From assembly GCA_027031765.1 (NCBI GenBank), contig JALVPN010000190.1, forward strand, positions 1 through 26,061: a stretch of DNA of 26,061 nucleotides. Direction: 5' to 3'. The stretch is from Promethearchaeota archaeon. Lineage in GTDB: Archaea; Asgardarchaeota; Thorarchaeia; Thorarchaeales; Thorarchaeaceae. The number at the start of each line of letters is the position of its first letter. Within the stretch, counting starts at the first letter, position 1. The notes below the pieces were generated by a model, which searched no databases, was not told the origin of the DNA, and worked only from the letters and a program-made list of their open reading frames with translations. The position numbers and the translations under genes are program-made. Shown here one piece after another: positions 16,693-24,354 of this stretch.

Positions 16693-16995
16693 ATGCAAGA
16701 CGTAGAGGTAGAAGAGGGCGATCCCCGTAAGAAGCTGAGCGAACTGGGCGCTAACTTTTCCAGTGCAGTTCGCGACCAGTTTGTCCACCTCGCTGTTTCG
16801 GCCCTGCGGTGGGGCAAGATTGATATCACTGGATGGTCCGAGGAGCCACTGCGGCTGCTCCTGTCAATCAGTCATGACCAAGAAATGATTCTCTCAGTCA
16901 AGAATGGCGACCGGGAAATGACCGTCATGAAGCCTTCTCCAGGCCCCATGCTTGAGTGGCTGGTTCACGACCTACTCCGTTCCTCCTCTGGATAG
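16693..16995 (+). CDS. Hypothetical protein (about 100 aa)
   Basis: Protein-like composition and TATA at leaderless distance; alternative GTG start at 16675. Confidence 0.65.
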   Translation: MQDVEVEEGDPRKKLSELGANFSSAVRDQFVHLAVSALRWGKIDITGWSEEPLRLLLSISHDQEMILSVKNGDREMTVMKPSPGPMLEWLVHDLLRSSSG

Positions 16996-17225
16996 TTCCT
17001 GTTGCTACCACCGGCCTCCACATATTCCCTGTTCGCCTAGGCCACCGACATACACAGCACTATGCTGGGCTGCATGACAACATTGTGGCTACAGATTACA
17101 CACCCAGACTTCATGCCAGCAGTTTCTCGTTCACACCACCCGGCCGGCCCCCCGCAAGTCTCTACGGTTCGCAGTCCGAAACGCTACATTTATCTTGCTT
17201 AACGATAGTGAAGTACGTGAGGAAA

Positions 17226-18434
17226 ATGAACGAGGAAACCAAGCAGATTGTCAAGCAGGCAATCATCCGGCTCCACAGTGGCGAAGACCCATCAGTAATA
17301 CGGGCTGAGTACGGAGAGGTCCTCCGTCGTACAAGCCCTCATGAGATTGCACGAATCGAGGAGGAGCTCATCCGCGAAGGCATGACACGAGAGCAGGTAC
17401 GTGAACTGTGTGATGTCCACCTTGCAGTGTTCCAAGAGGCCCTGCACCAATCATCGACCCGTGCTCCTCCTGGACATCCTGTCCACACACTAATGTCCGA
17501 GCACGACACGCTGTTAGAGCTCGCAAATGAACTGCGTGGACTGAGCAGTTCTCTGGTCAAGGGGCGAACTGATATTCAGTCCGGCCTGAAACGACTACGG
17601 GAGATTGTAGTCCTCCTAAAGGCCTCGACATCCCACTACCTCCGTGAAGAGAATGCCCTCTTCCCCTTCCTGGAGAAACACGGTGTGAGCCAACCGCCTG
17701 CAATCATGTGGATGGAACATGACAAAATCCGCGAAACTGAGAAGCATCTGTTCGGACTCGTCGATGACAGTGATGAGCAGCTGGTCGCAAACATGCCTCT
17801 GATAGCAGAGTCCTCTCTCGCTCTCAGTGAGATGCTGGCCAGCCACTTCTTCAAAGAGAACTCGATACTCTTTCCGACTGCCATGCGTCTAATCAGACAG
17901 GATGAGTGGAGTGTTATCGGTGATGAGTTCAACTCGATTGGCTTCTGTCCGTTCACCCCCGACTCGGCACAGAGCGGCACAGCAGGGGTGGAGCAGGAGA
18001 GGGGACAGGAACAGGTGCAGGGATCAACTGGTGATGAGATTGAATTTGACACGGGTAGCATGAGCAGAGAGGTTGTCGAGGCGATTTTCAACACACTGCC
18101 CGTTGACCTCACATTCGTAGACGCCGGCGACCGCGTCAGGTTCTTCAGCGACTCTGGTGGCCGAATATTTGTCCGCTCCAAAGCAGTCCTCGGTCGTGAA
18201 GTCCGGAGGTGCCATCCCCCAAAGAGCATCGATGTTGTGGACAGGATTCTGGACGACTTCAGGACTGGGCGTAGGGACTCTGCTGAGTTCTGGATTCGTT
18301 TACATGGGCGCTTGATATACATCCGGTACCTTGCACTCCGCGACAAGAGTGGCCAGTACCTTGGGTGCTTGGAGGTCACGCAAGATGTCACTGACATCCA
18401 GCAACTACAGGGCGAGAAACGTCTGCTCGACTGA
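17226..18434 (+). CDS. DUF438 / hemerythrin-like / PAS domain protein
   Basis: IIRLHSGED..EI..IEEELI..G...LCDVH (DUF438); HPVHTLMSEH, HYLREENALFP, MEHD and KENSILFP (hemerythrin); LPVDLTFVD..CHPPKS (PAS). GTGAGG SD before ATG 17226. Confidence 0.92.
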   Translation: MNEETKQIVKQAIIRLHSGEDPSVIRAEYGEVLRRTSPHEIARIEEELIREGMTREQVRELCDVHLAVFQEALHQSSTRAPPGHPVHTLMSEHDTLLELANELRGLSSSLVKGRTDIQSGLKRLREIVVLLKASTSHYLREENALFPFLEKHGVSQPPAIMWMEHDKIRETEKHLFGLVDDSDEQLVANMPLIAESSLALSEMLASHFFKENSILFPTAMRLIRQDEWSVIGDEFNSIGFCPFTPDSAQSGTAGVEQERGQEQVQGSTGDEIEFDTGSMSREVVEAIFNTLPVDLTFVDAGDRVRFFSDSGGRIFVRSKAVLGREVRRCHPPKSIDVVDRILDDFRTGRRDSAEFWIRLHGRLIYIRYLALRDKSGQYLGCLEVTQDVTDIQQLQGEKRLLD

Positions 18435-18680
18435 ACCACACGAAGTGTCAGGCCACCTCCTCCCCAGCCATGGATTGAGTCGAGTCCCGCACTGATCCAA
18501 TGGCCGGGCCAACCCCCTCTGTCACTCCCCCTCCATGACATCTGTGCCGGACTGAGTGCTGCTGCTTTGGGAGGGTCATAGACTTGTGAATGTCTACTTG
18601 GGGGATGTCCATCTGACACCTATCTGGTATGTCCCGGTGTGTCCGGCCCCCTCGCGCTGCCACCCTCTGGAGTTGCATCT

Positions 18681-18693
18681 CAAAGAATATATG
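18681..18693 (+). promoter_or_regulatory. Putative BRE-TATA for stand-alone mvhD
   Basis: CAAAG followed by AATATATG, about 45 bp upstream of the ATG. Confidence 0.4.
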
Positions 18694-18738
18694 GCGCACT
18701 AGACCCAACTGCGCAACACGCACAGAGGCTGGTCAGTG

Positions 18739-19149
18739 ATGCCCCCCAAGGACATGAACATCATTGTGTTTGGCTGCATGCAGTGCATGTATGCTGCTGC
18801 TGACCTTGCAGGGACAATGAAGCTCCAGTACGATGTGAGTGCCCGGATTATCCGCATGCCATGCACCGCCCGTCTCGACATAAACTTCATCTTGAAGGCA
18901 TTGCAGGAGGGGGCGGACGGTGTCCTTGTCGTCGGGTGTCATCCCGGTGACTGTGCATACAAGACGGGGAACCTTGGTGCAGAACGTCGTGTGCGGTTCG
19001 TGAGGCGACTGATTGGGCAACTCGGCCTCGACGAGAACAGGGTAAAGATGGTATTCGTGAGCGCTGCCGAGGGCGACAAGTTTGCGGCTGAAGTGAACCG
19101 CTTTGCGGAGGACATCCGGGCAATCGGGCCCAATCCAATCCGTCTTTGA
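18739..19149 (+). CDS. mvhD: MvhD hydrogenase iron-sulfur [2Fe-2S] subunit
   Basis: GCMQCMYAAADLAG, IIRMPCTAR, GADGVLVVGCHPGDC, VSAAEG and LGP-like IGPNP end. Confidence 0.95.
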   Translation: MPPKDMNIIVFGCMQCMYAAADLAGTMKLQYDVSARIIRMPCTARLDINFILKALQEGADGVLVVGCHPGDCAYKTGNLGAERRVRFVRRLIGQLGLDENRVKMVFVSAAEGDKFAAEVNRFAEDIRAIGPNPIRL

Positions 19150-19204
19150 AGGTGGGGGCGGCACGCCTGATGTTGTGCACCTTGTGATAGACTTAAGGTC
19201 ATCC

Positions 19205-20083
19205 ATGCACTGTCCTGGTTGTTCCAGTGCGATAGAATACAGACCCACATGTGGGGGAATACAACTGTCAAGAGGTTCAAAGACGAGATACCCTCTCCGA
19301 AGTCGTGTACGGGATTTCCTTGGCGAGAACCAGCTATGTGTTCTTGCATTTGATGCGCTAGAGAGTGACGTCGAAGTACAGGTGCTCCTTGAGGACTCCA
19401 ACCGGATGGCCATTGACCGTATGGGCTATTCAGACCATGGCCACACACACTCGCTAATCGTTGTGATGAACGGGATACTTCTGCTCCGCCAGATCGTGCG
19501 GGGGATTGAGCCGACAATTGTCCAGGAGAAGACCGGCAGCATGCAGGATGCAGAACTGATTGTACTGATGGCCTCGTACCTGCACGATGTGGGAATGGTC
19601 GTTTCGCGCTCGAACCACGACATCTTCACCGTTGTCATCTCTAGCCCCATAATCGACCGTGTCCTTGCACAGGTGTATCCCAAAGACCGTCGGAAACAAG
19701 TGCATGTCCGTGGCCACATCCTCCATGCCATCTACTGTCACGACCAAGCAGCAAGACCTCTCACAGTCGAGGCCGGAGTGGTCGGCATTGCTGATGCCCT
19801 CGATATGACAAAGGGCCGTGCCCGGATCCCGTTTGAGGCTGGGAGTGTGAATATCCACTCTGCATCTGCAATGGCAATTGAACAGGTCCGCATATGCGAG
19901 GGGACGGAGAAGACAGTGCGCATCGAGGTGACAATGAGCAACGCATCCGGCATTTTCCAAATCCAAGAACTCCTGGAGAAGAAGATACGGAATGCTCCGT
20001 TCCTGACCGATCACATAGAGCTGTATGCGGTGATGTCTGGCACCAGTGAGCGCATAATAGAGGAGGAGCTCCGTATTCTGTGA
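19205..20083 (+). CDS. HD-domain metal-dependent phosphohydrolase (start uncertain)
   Basis: MGYSDHGHTH, YLHDVG, IYCHD, IADALDM and GRAR motifs. Confidence 0.85.
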   Translation: MHCPGCSSAIEYRPTCGGIQLSRGSKTRYPLRSRVRDFLGENQLCVLAFDALESDVEVQVLLEDSNRMAIDRMGYSDHGHTHSLIVVMNGILLLRQIVRGIEPTIVQEKTGSMQDAELIVLMASYLHDVGMVVSRSNHDIFTVVISSPIIDRVLAQVYPKDRRKQVHVRGHILHAIYCHDQAARPLTVEAGVVGIADALDMTKGRARIPFEAGSVNIHSASAMAIEQVRICEGTEKTVRIEVTMSNASGIFQIQELLEKKIRNAPFLTDHIELYAVMSGTSERIIEEELRIL

Positions 20084-20188
20084 CCCCGTTTCCCTTCTGC
20101 ATCCGTTCATAACATCATGTATATATGCATCACATCGTGCATGTCCCGTGTCGTCCGAGATTGAATACCGCTGTCTGAGGGCTGTCCA

Positions 20189-20626
20189 ATGAAGCTAGAC
20201 CCCATCGACCTCCAAATTATCTCGTTGCTACAGGAGGACGGCCGACGCTCTTTCTCTGAAATTGCAGAGGCGGTCGGTCGGACTGAGGTCACCATCCGGC
20301 GCAGGGTGCGTCGTCTAATTGACGAAGGGGTCATCAAGCGCTTCACCGTTGTAATCGACCCGCTGAAAATTGGTCGCCAGATACAGGCGATAATACGTGT
20401 CAAGACAGTCATGAAGGAGGCATCTGGCATCGCCGAGAAGGTACGCGAATACGACGAGGTCAATGAGGCCTACTTCCTAGACGGCGCTTGTGGAATCCTG
20501 CTCAAAGTCACTGTGAAAGACCTGTCCGAGTTACGTCAGTTCCTCGAGTATCGACTCGGCAAGCTGCTTGGTGTCAGTGAAGTTGAGACCTGCATCGTGC
20601 TCGAAGACATAAAGCCCCCCTACTAG
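20189..20626 (+). CDS. Lrp/AsnC family transcriptional regulator
   Basis: LDPIDLQIISLLQEDGRRSFSEIA HTH followed by a RAM domain. Confidence 0.95.
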   Translation: MKLDPIDLQIISLLQEDGRRSFSEIAEAVGRTEVTIRRRVRRLIDEGVIKRFTVVIDPLKIGRQIQAIIRVKTVMKEASGIAEKVREYDEVNEAYFLDGACGILLKVTVKDLSELRQFLEYRLGKLLGVSEVETCIVLEDIKPPY

Positions 20627-20630
20627 AGGC

Positions 20631-21056
20631 ATGCCCAGCTTGGCCTTAGTAATCAGAGTGTCAAGGTCGCAGATGCAGGCGCTCTATACGCATGCGACAA
20701 GATGTTTCCCAACAGAGAGTGTAGCCCTGCTCTTTGGTCACTATGACGATGGTGTGGCCACTGTCACGCGGGTCGAGTGCGTCGAGAATACGGCCCGCTC
20801 CACGGTGCGGTTCTCAGTGAACCCTGAAACACAGTACCGCCTGTTGGCTGAGGCCGAAGAGCTCGGCGAGTCGCTCGTTGGGATTTTCCACTCGCATCCT
20901 GCTGGCCCACACCCCTCTTCGACTGACCTGCACTACATGCGTCTCAACCCCGTCGTCTGGATTATTGCATCCATGACTGACGGGCACTGGCAGACCGCTG
21001 CGTTCCGCCTGAGGGACGACTGCCTCGTGTCAGTGGACATTGAGCTCTACTGTTGA
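20631..21056 (+). CDS. JAMM/MPN+ (Mov34) metalloprotease
   Basis: N-terminal Glu (PTESVALL) and FHSHPAGPHPSSTD, matching HxHx7Sx2D. Confidence 0.92.
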   Translation: MPSLALVIRVSRSQMQALYTHATRCFPTESVALLFGHYDDGVATVTRVECVENTARSTVRFSVNPETQYRLLAEAEELGESLVGIFHSHPAGPHPSSTDLHYMRLNPVVWIIASMTDGHWQTAAFRLRDDCLVSVDIELYC

Positions 21057-21364
21057 GATACCCCTAATGCCTTCAGTGTCCCCGATGTCTTGATTGGCTC
21101 GAACGAGACATACGTGTCCCCGACCCTGAACAACAGTGAAGCTGCACTTATGACCTCCTCCAGCGTGCTGAGGGTACACCCGACCACTCCGTCACCCGTT
21201 TCAGGGTCATAGACGGTCAGGAACAGTTTCGAGTCCGCGACTAGGACTTCCCCATAGAGTGACATCAGGCTTTTTCTCATCGCCTTCACGAGCGTGCTCC
21301 TATCGGGACACGCATCACTCGCGTGTAGCTTGAACTTCACATATCGCTTCCTGTCCCGTTTCAT
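21047..21364 (-). CDS. rnp2: RNase P protein Pop5/Rpp14
   Basis: RKRYVKF N-terminus and KTSGTLKAL C-terminus; overlaps the rpp30 stop. Confidence 0.85.
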   Translation of the reverse strand: MKRDRKRYVKFKLHASDACPDRSTLVKAMRKSLMSLYGEVLVADSKLFLTVYDPETGDGVVGCTLSTLEEVISAASLLFRVGDTYVSFEPIKTSGTLKALGVSQQ

Positions 21365-22059
21365 GCCTCCTCGCCCCTTTGAAGTATCTCAATACCCGGG
21401 TAAACATAGTCCCCCGACAGACGTTTCTCGTTCGTTTCGATTAGGCTGAGCGGGATATCTGCAATCGCCAATCTGGCCTGTTCGCAGTTGAGCCCCACCA
21501 CTCTGCCAGCACACTGCATCGCCATCGGGGCTCTCAACATAATTGGTCTGCTAGCGCCGCTCGCTACAACCACTGGCATCCCTTCTGCGGTCGCAGTCCG
21601 CACCATCTCCCTGAAGGCCTTCAGCATCTTGGCCCTCGCCAGTCCCCGGTATTCCAACAGTGGTGCGATGGGGATCTCCAATGCGGTGCCGAACTCGGCT
21701 GCAAGCCGGGCTGTACTCTTGCGTAGTCTCTGGTCGTAGTGCGGCCCGTATGGCATAATGATGTCAACACGCGGGTCTTTTGCAGCCCAGTTGGCGATGT
21801 CGGTGGTCTTCAAGGGGGCGGCGATGAGAGCGGTGCGTTCTCGCATCCTCCTGACCCGTTGTTTCATTTGCGAGAGACCCGACTCCTTCAGGTTCAGCCT
21901 TGCCACAAGGATGAACCCATCATCAAGTCTCCTTATTGGTGGCCGCATTGTCATCTGGAGCGTCATCCCGGAAAGGCCGAGCCTCCTTGCCATTCCGATA
22001 AAGGATTCGATGTCATCACCACTCCTAACCGATGTATTGAGGTCTATTGTCTTCGGCAT
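21361..22059 (-). CDS. rnp3: RNase P protein Rpp30
   Basis: DPRVDII, TALEIPI and VVASGASRPIMLRAP; synteny with rpl15e and pop5. Confidence 0.88.
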   Translation of the reverse strand: MPKTIDLNTSVRSGDDIESFIGMARRLGLSGMTLQMTMRPPIRRLDDGFILVARLNLKESGLSQMKQRVRRMRERTALIAAPLKTTDIANWAAKDPRVDIIMPYGPHYDQRLRKSTARLAAEFGTALEIPIAPLLEYRGLARAKMLKAFREMVRTATAEGMPVVVASGASRPIMLRAPMAMQCAGRVVGLNCEQARLAIADIPLSLIETNEKRLSGDYVYPGIEILQRGEEA

Positions 22060-22062
22060 GGT

Positions 22063-22521
22063 TCACAGCCCCTTCCTTTCTATCTGTTCTTTCAGCACTG
22101 TTTGCAGTTCGTCACGCGGGCACCGTCCCCTATGAACAATATGTATTCTGAGGCTTATGACATCGGAGTCTGCGCCGAGCTGCAGCACGCCGCGATATGC
22201 CTCCTGTTTTGCTAGTCTTATGAATAGTGTGCAGTCCTCATCGAGCCGCCTGTCAAGTGTGTTGTCAAGGGATACACAGTCAGACGGCCCGAGCCGTCTG
22301 AGAATATCGTTAAATGCCGTGCTACACTCCTCTTTGCCCCTCAATGTGACCTCTACAACAGTTATCGGGTCGTGGCTGTAGCCTGTTGCGGACGTTTCGT
22401 GTGAGTGCGCTGCCCCACGAATCTCCTCTGGAAAGACATTCAGCACAGCCTGACGCACCCGTGCAACGACCTCTGTGGCACGGGCATATGCGCGGGCCTG
22501 AATCCAGTCAACTGATACCAA
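22063..22521 (-). CDS. DUF54-family predicted RNA-binding protein
   Basis: ARAYARATEVVARV, GYSHDPI and LFIRLAKQEAY; known position between rpl15e and rpp30. TTG start at 22521 (GTG 22545 alternative). Confidence 0.8.
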   Translation of the reverse strand: MVSVDWIQARAYARATEVVARVRQAVLNVFPEEIRGAAHSHETSATGYSHDPITVVEVTLRGKEECSTAFNDILRRLGPSDCVSLDNTLDRRLDEDCTLFIRLAKQEAYRGVLQLGADSDVISLRIHIVHRGRCPRDELQTVLKEQIERKGL

Positions 22522-22559
22522 GCTCCGTCCCCCATGGTGGGACACGGCGCCCGTAGCAC

Positions 22560-23141
22560 CTACTTCCCGCGGTTCCTGTTCCGGCCCAGAGATGGCCTTA
22601 TCTTCTCGGCACCGCGTCCTCTCCTTCGAAGCCCCCTGCTCTTCTTCCCGGCTGATGTGAGGCCTCTGCTCTCGCGTCCCTTGTGGGCCGGGTCACAGAT
22701 CCACGAGATGTGTGGGTCATTGTAGACTACCGGGTGGTTGGGGTCCACGAGGATGACTTCATACCACACCCACTTGTGATCCGAGCCCACCCAGTACGAG
22801 TTGAGCACTCTCAGGTTCGGGTATTTCCTAGCGGCCCGTTCCTCTGCAATCCACTGGCGCGACTTCTGAGGTGTGTACTTTCTAACACCAAGGCTCCGTG
22901 GTTTTCTTCCCATTCGCGGTCGTGGTTTTTCTCGGGGCCCACGTCCTGTTCTGACTCTTACAACAATGTACCCCTGCTTGGCCTTATAGCCAAGTGACCG
23001 GGCGCGCCCAAGACGTGTTGGTCGTTCAAGCCGGACGATTGACGCCTGTTTCCGCCACACTATGAGTCGGCTCCTTACAAGCTCCGACCTTTCCCTCTGG
23101 TTCTGTACCCATGTTTCGTTCATGTGCCTGTACGCTGACAA
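22560..23141 (-). CDS. rpl15e: 50S ribosomal protein L15e
   Basis: ERPTRLGRARSLGYKAKQG, AEERAARKYPNLRVLNSYWVG and RGLTSAGKK; TTG start (SAY) or GTG 23147. Confidence 0.98.
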   Translation of the reverse strand: MSAYRHMNETWVQNQRERSELVRSRLIVWRKQASIVRLERPTRLGRARSLGYKAKQGYIVVRVRTGRGPREKPRPRMGRKPRSLGVRKYTPQKSRQWIAEERAARKYPNLRVLNSYWVGSDHKWVWYEVILVDPNHPVVYNDPHISWICDPAHKGRESRGLTSAGKKSRGLRRRGRGAEKIRPSLGRNRNRGK

Positions 23142-23147
23142 TATCAC

Positions 23148-23269
23148 ACCGTCCTTTGTAGCAGTTGCTACATTGTTTGTGGTTCAGCCCAATGGGCCAC
23201 ATCCCGCGGACGTGTCCGCCAATACAAAGGCGGCCTGTCTACTACTTGTGACTAGACTGGCTGGGGCCC
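23148..23269 (-). ncRNA. Candidate structured 5' leader of rpl15e (r-leader)
   Basis: Four consecutive hairpins plus alternative closing stems, lying between a TATA box and the start codon. Confidence 0.45.
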
Positions 23270-23283
23270 GGTCACTACCGTTT

Positions 23284-23291
23284 GCTTAAAG
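23284..23291 (-). promoter_or_regulatory. Putative TATA box of the rpl15e operon
   Basis: CTTTAAGC on the minus strand, about 145 bp upstream of the start; the same TTTAAG core occurs at the serA promoter. Confidence 0.5.
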
Positions 23292-23326
23292 ATGTACCGC
23301 TTTGTCCCCTGGTACTGTACCATAGC

Positions 23327-24241
23327 TTACTTGGCCACTGCCCCGATTATCTTCTTTGCAGCAAGTCCGCCGACCCTCTCCTGTGCTTCTCTTGTTGACG
23401 ATGAGAGGTGTGGTGTAGCGATGACCCGTGGGTGCTTCACAATAGTCCAGTCCTTCGGTGGTTCCTCCTCAAACACGTCAAGTGCTGCGCCTGCAATCTT
23501 CCCCTCGTCCAGCGCTGTCAGGAGAGCCGCCTCATCAACAACACCACCCCTTGCCGTATTGACGAGGTATGCCGTCGGCTTCATGACTTCGAGCTCGTGT
23601 GACCCAATGAGCCCCCGGGTCTGTGGGAGCAGCGGGACGTGTAGTGTAACATAGTCTGCCTCTCTCAGGAGCTCCTCCAGCCCAACGCGCTCAGCACCTA
23701 TCGACTCACAGGCCTCATCAATATCAATCACATCATATGCCAACACACGCATGCCCAGTGCCACAGCACGCCGCCCGACCTCCTGTCCAATCCGCCCGAA
23801 CCCGATGATGCCAAGGGTCTTCTGCCATAGTTCTGTCCCACTCAACTTCTTCTTCTCCCATCGCCCCTCCTTCATGGAGCCGTCTGCCCTTGTTATGTTC
23901 CTTGAGAGTGCGAACATGAGCGCAAAGACCATCTCGGCAACTGAAACAGTCGGTGCCTCTGGAGTGTTGAGCACCTGGATCCCGCGCTCCTTGGCTGCTG
24001 CCTGGTCCACATTGTCCAGTCCTACTCCTGCCCGCACTATCACCCGCAGAGCATCGGCTGCCTCAATCACCTCCCGTGTGACCTTCGTTGCGCTCCGTAC
24101 TATTATCCCATCAAACCCCTTAATCTGTTCCTCCAGTGGGCCGTCCTTGGTCTTGTCCCTTATGACAACATCCAGGCCTGCCTGTTTCATCTCGTCAATT
24201 GCTGTTTCCGCAATGGGGTCTGCAACGAGTACACGTGCCAC
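23327..24241 (-). CDS. serA: D-2-hydroxyacid dehydrogenase, SerA-like (short form without ACT domain)
   Basis: VRSATKV, RAGVGLDNVD, GIIGFGRIG, NTARGG, DVFEEEP and ATPHL; GTG start after GGTGGAGG. Substrate not provable from sequence. Confidence 0.85.
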   Translation of the reverse strand: MARVLVADPIAETAIDEMKQAGLDVVIRDKTKDGPLEEQIKGFDGIIVRSATKVTREVIEAADALRVIVRAGVGLDNVDQAAAKERGIQVLNTPEAPTVSVAEMVFALMFALSRNITRADGSMKEGRWEKKKLSGTELWQKTLGIIGFGRIGQEVGRRAVALGMRVLAYDVIDIDEACESIGAERVGLEELLREADYVTLHVPLLPQTRGLIGSHELEVMKPTAYLVNTARGGVVDEAALLTALDEGKIAGAALDVFEEEPPKDWTIVKHPRVIATPHLSSSTREAQERVGGLAAKKIIGAVAK

Positions 24242-24291
24242 CTTCTCAATGCCTCCACCATATTGTTGGGCCACGCCAGCTGCCTCGTGAA

Positions 24292-24297
24292 CTTAAA
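24292..24297 (-). promoter_or_regulatory. Putative TATA box for the serA-like gene
   Basis: TTTAAG on the minus strand, about 50 bp upstream of the GTG; SD at 24252-24259. Confidence 0.45.
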
Positions 24298-24354
24298 CCT
24301 GTCCATCCGAGTGCGGGGGTTGGCCTCCCACTCCGGTACACGGTGTCATGGGCC

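Noticed and set aside
16956-17225. 90-aa N-terminal extension of the DUF438 protein
   Set aside because: Not protein-like, overlaps the upstream gene, and a SD plus family-typical start lie at 17226.
17636-18619. 327-aa antisense ORF, and other long shadow ORFs such as 12152-12886, 19454-20110 and 24199-25038
   Set aside because: They lie opposite well-supported genes in GC-rich DNA and carry no motifs.
9529-19149. Selenocysteine recoding in HdrA/MvhD (known in some Asgard and methanogen homologues)
   Set aside because: The Cys motifs are encoded by TGC/TGT and the ORFs are full length with no internal TGA, so no Sec or SECIS is needed.
23193-23269. tRNA gene (77-nt cloverleaf-like fold)
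   Set aside because: No TTCRA T-loop, no D-loop GG, an 8-nt middle loop and only 4-5 bp of acceptor pairing; kept only as a leader candidate.
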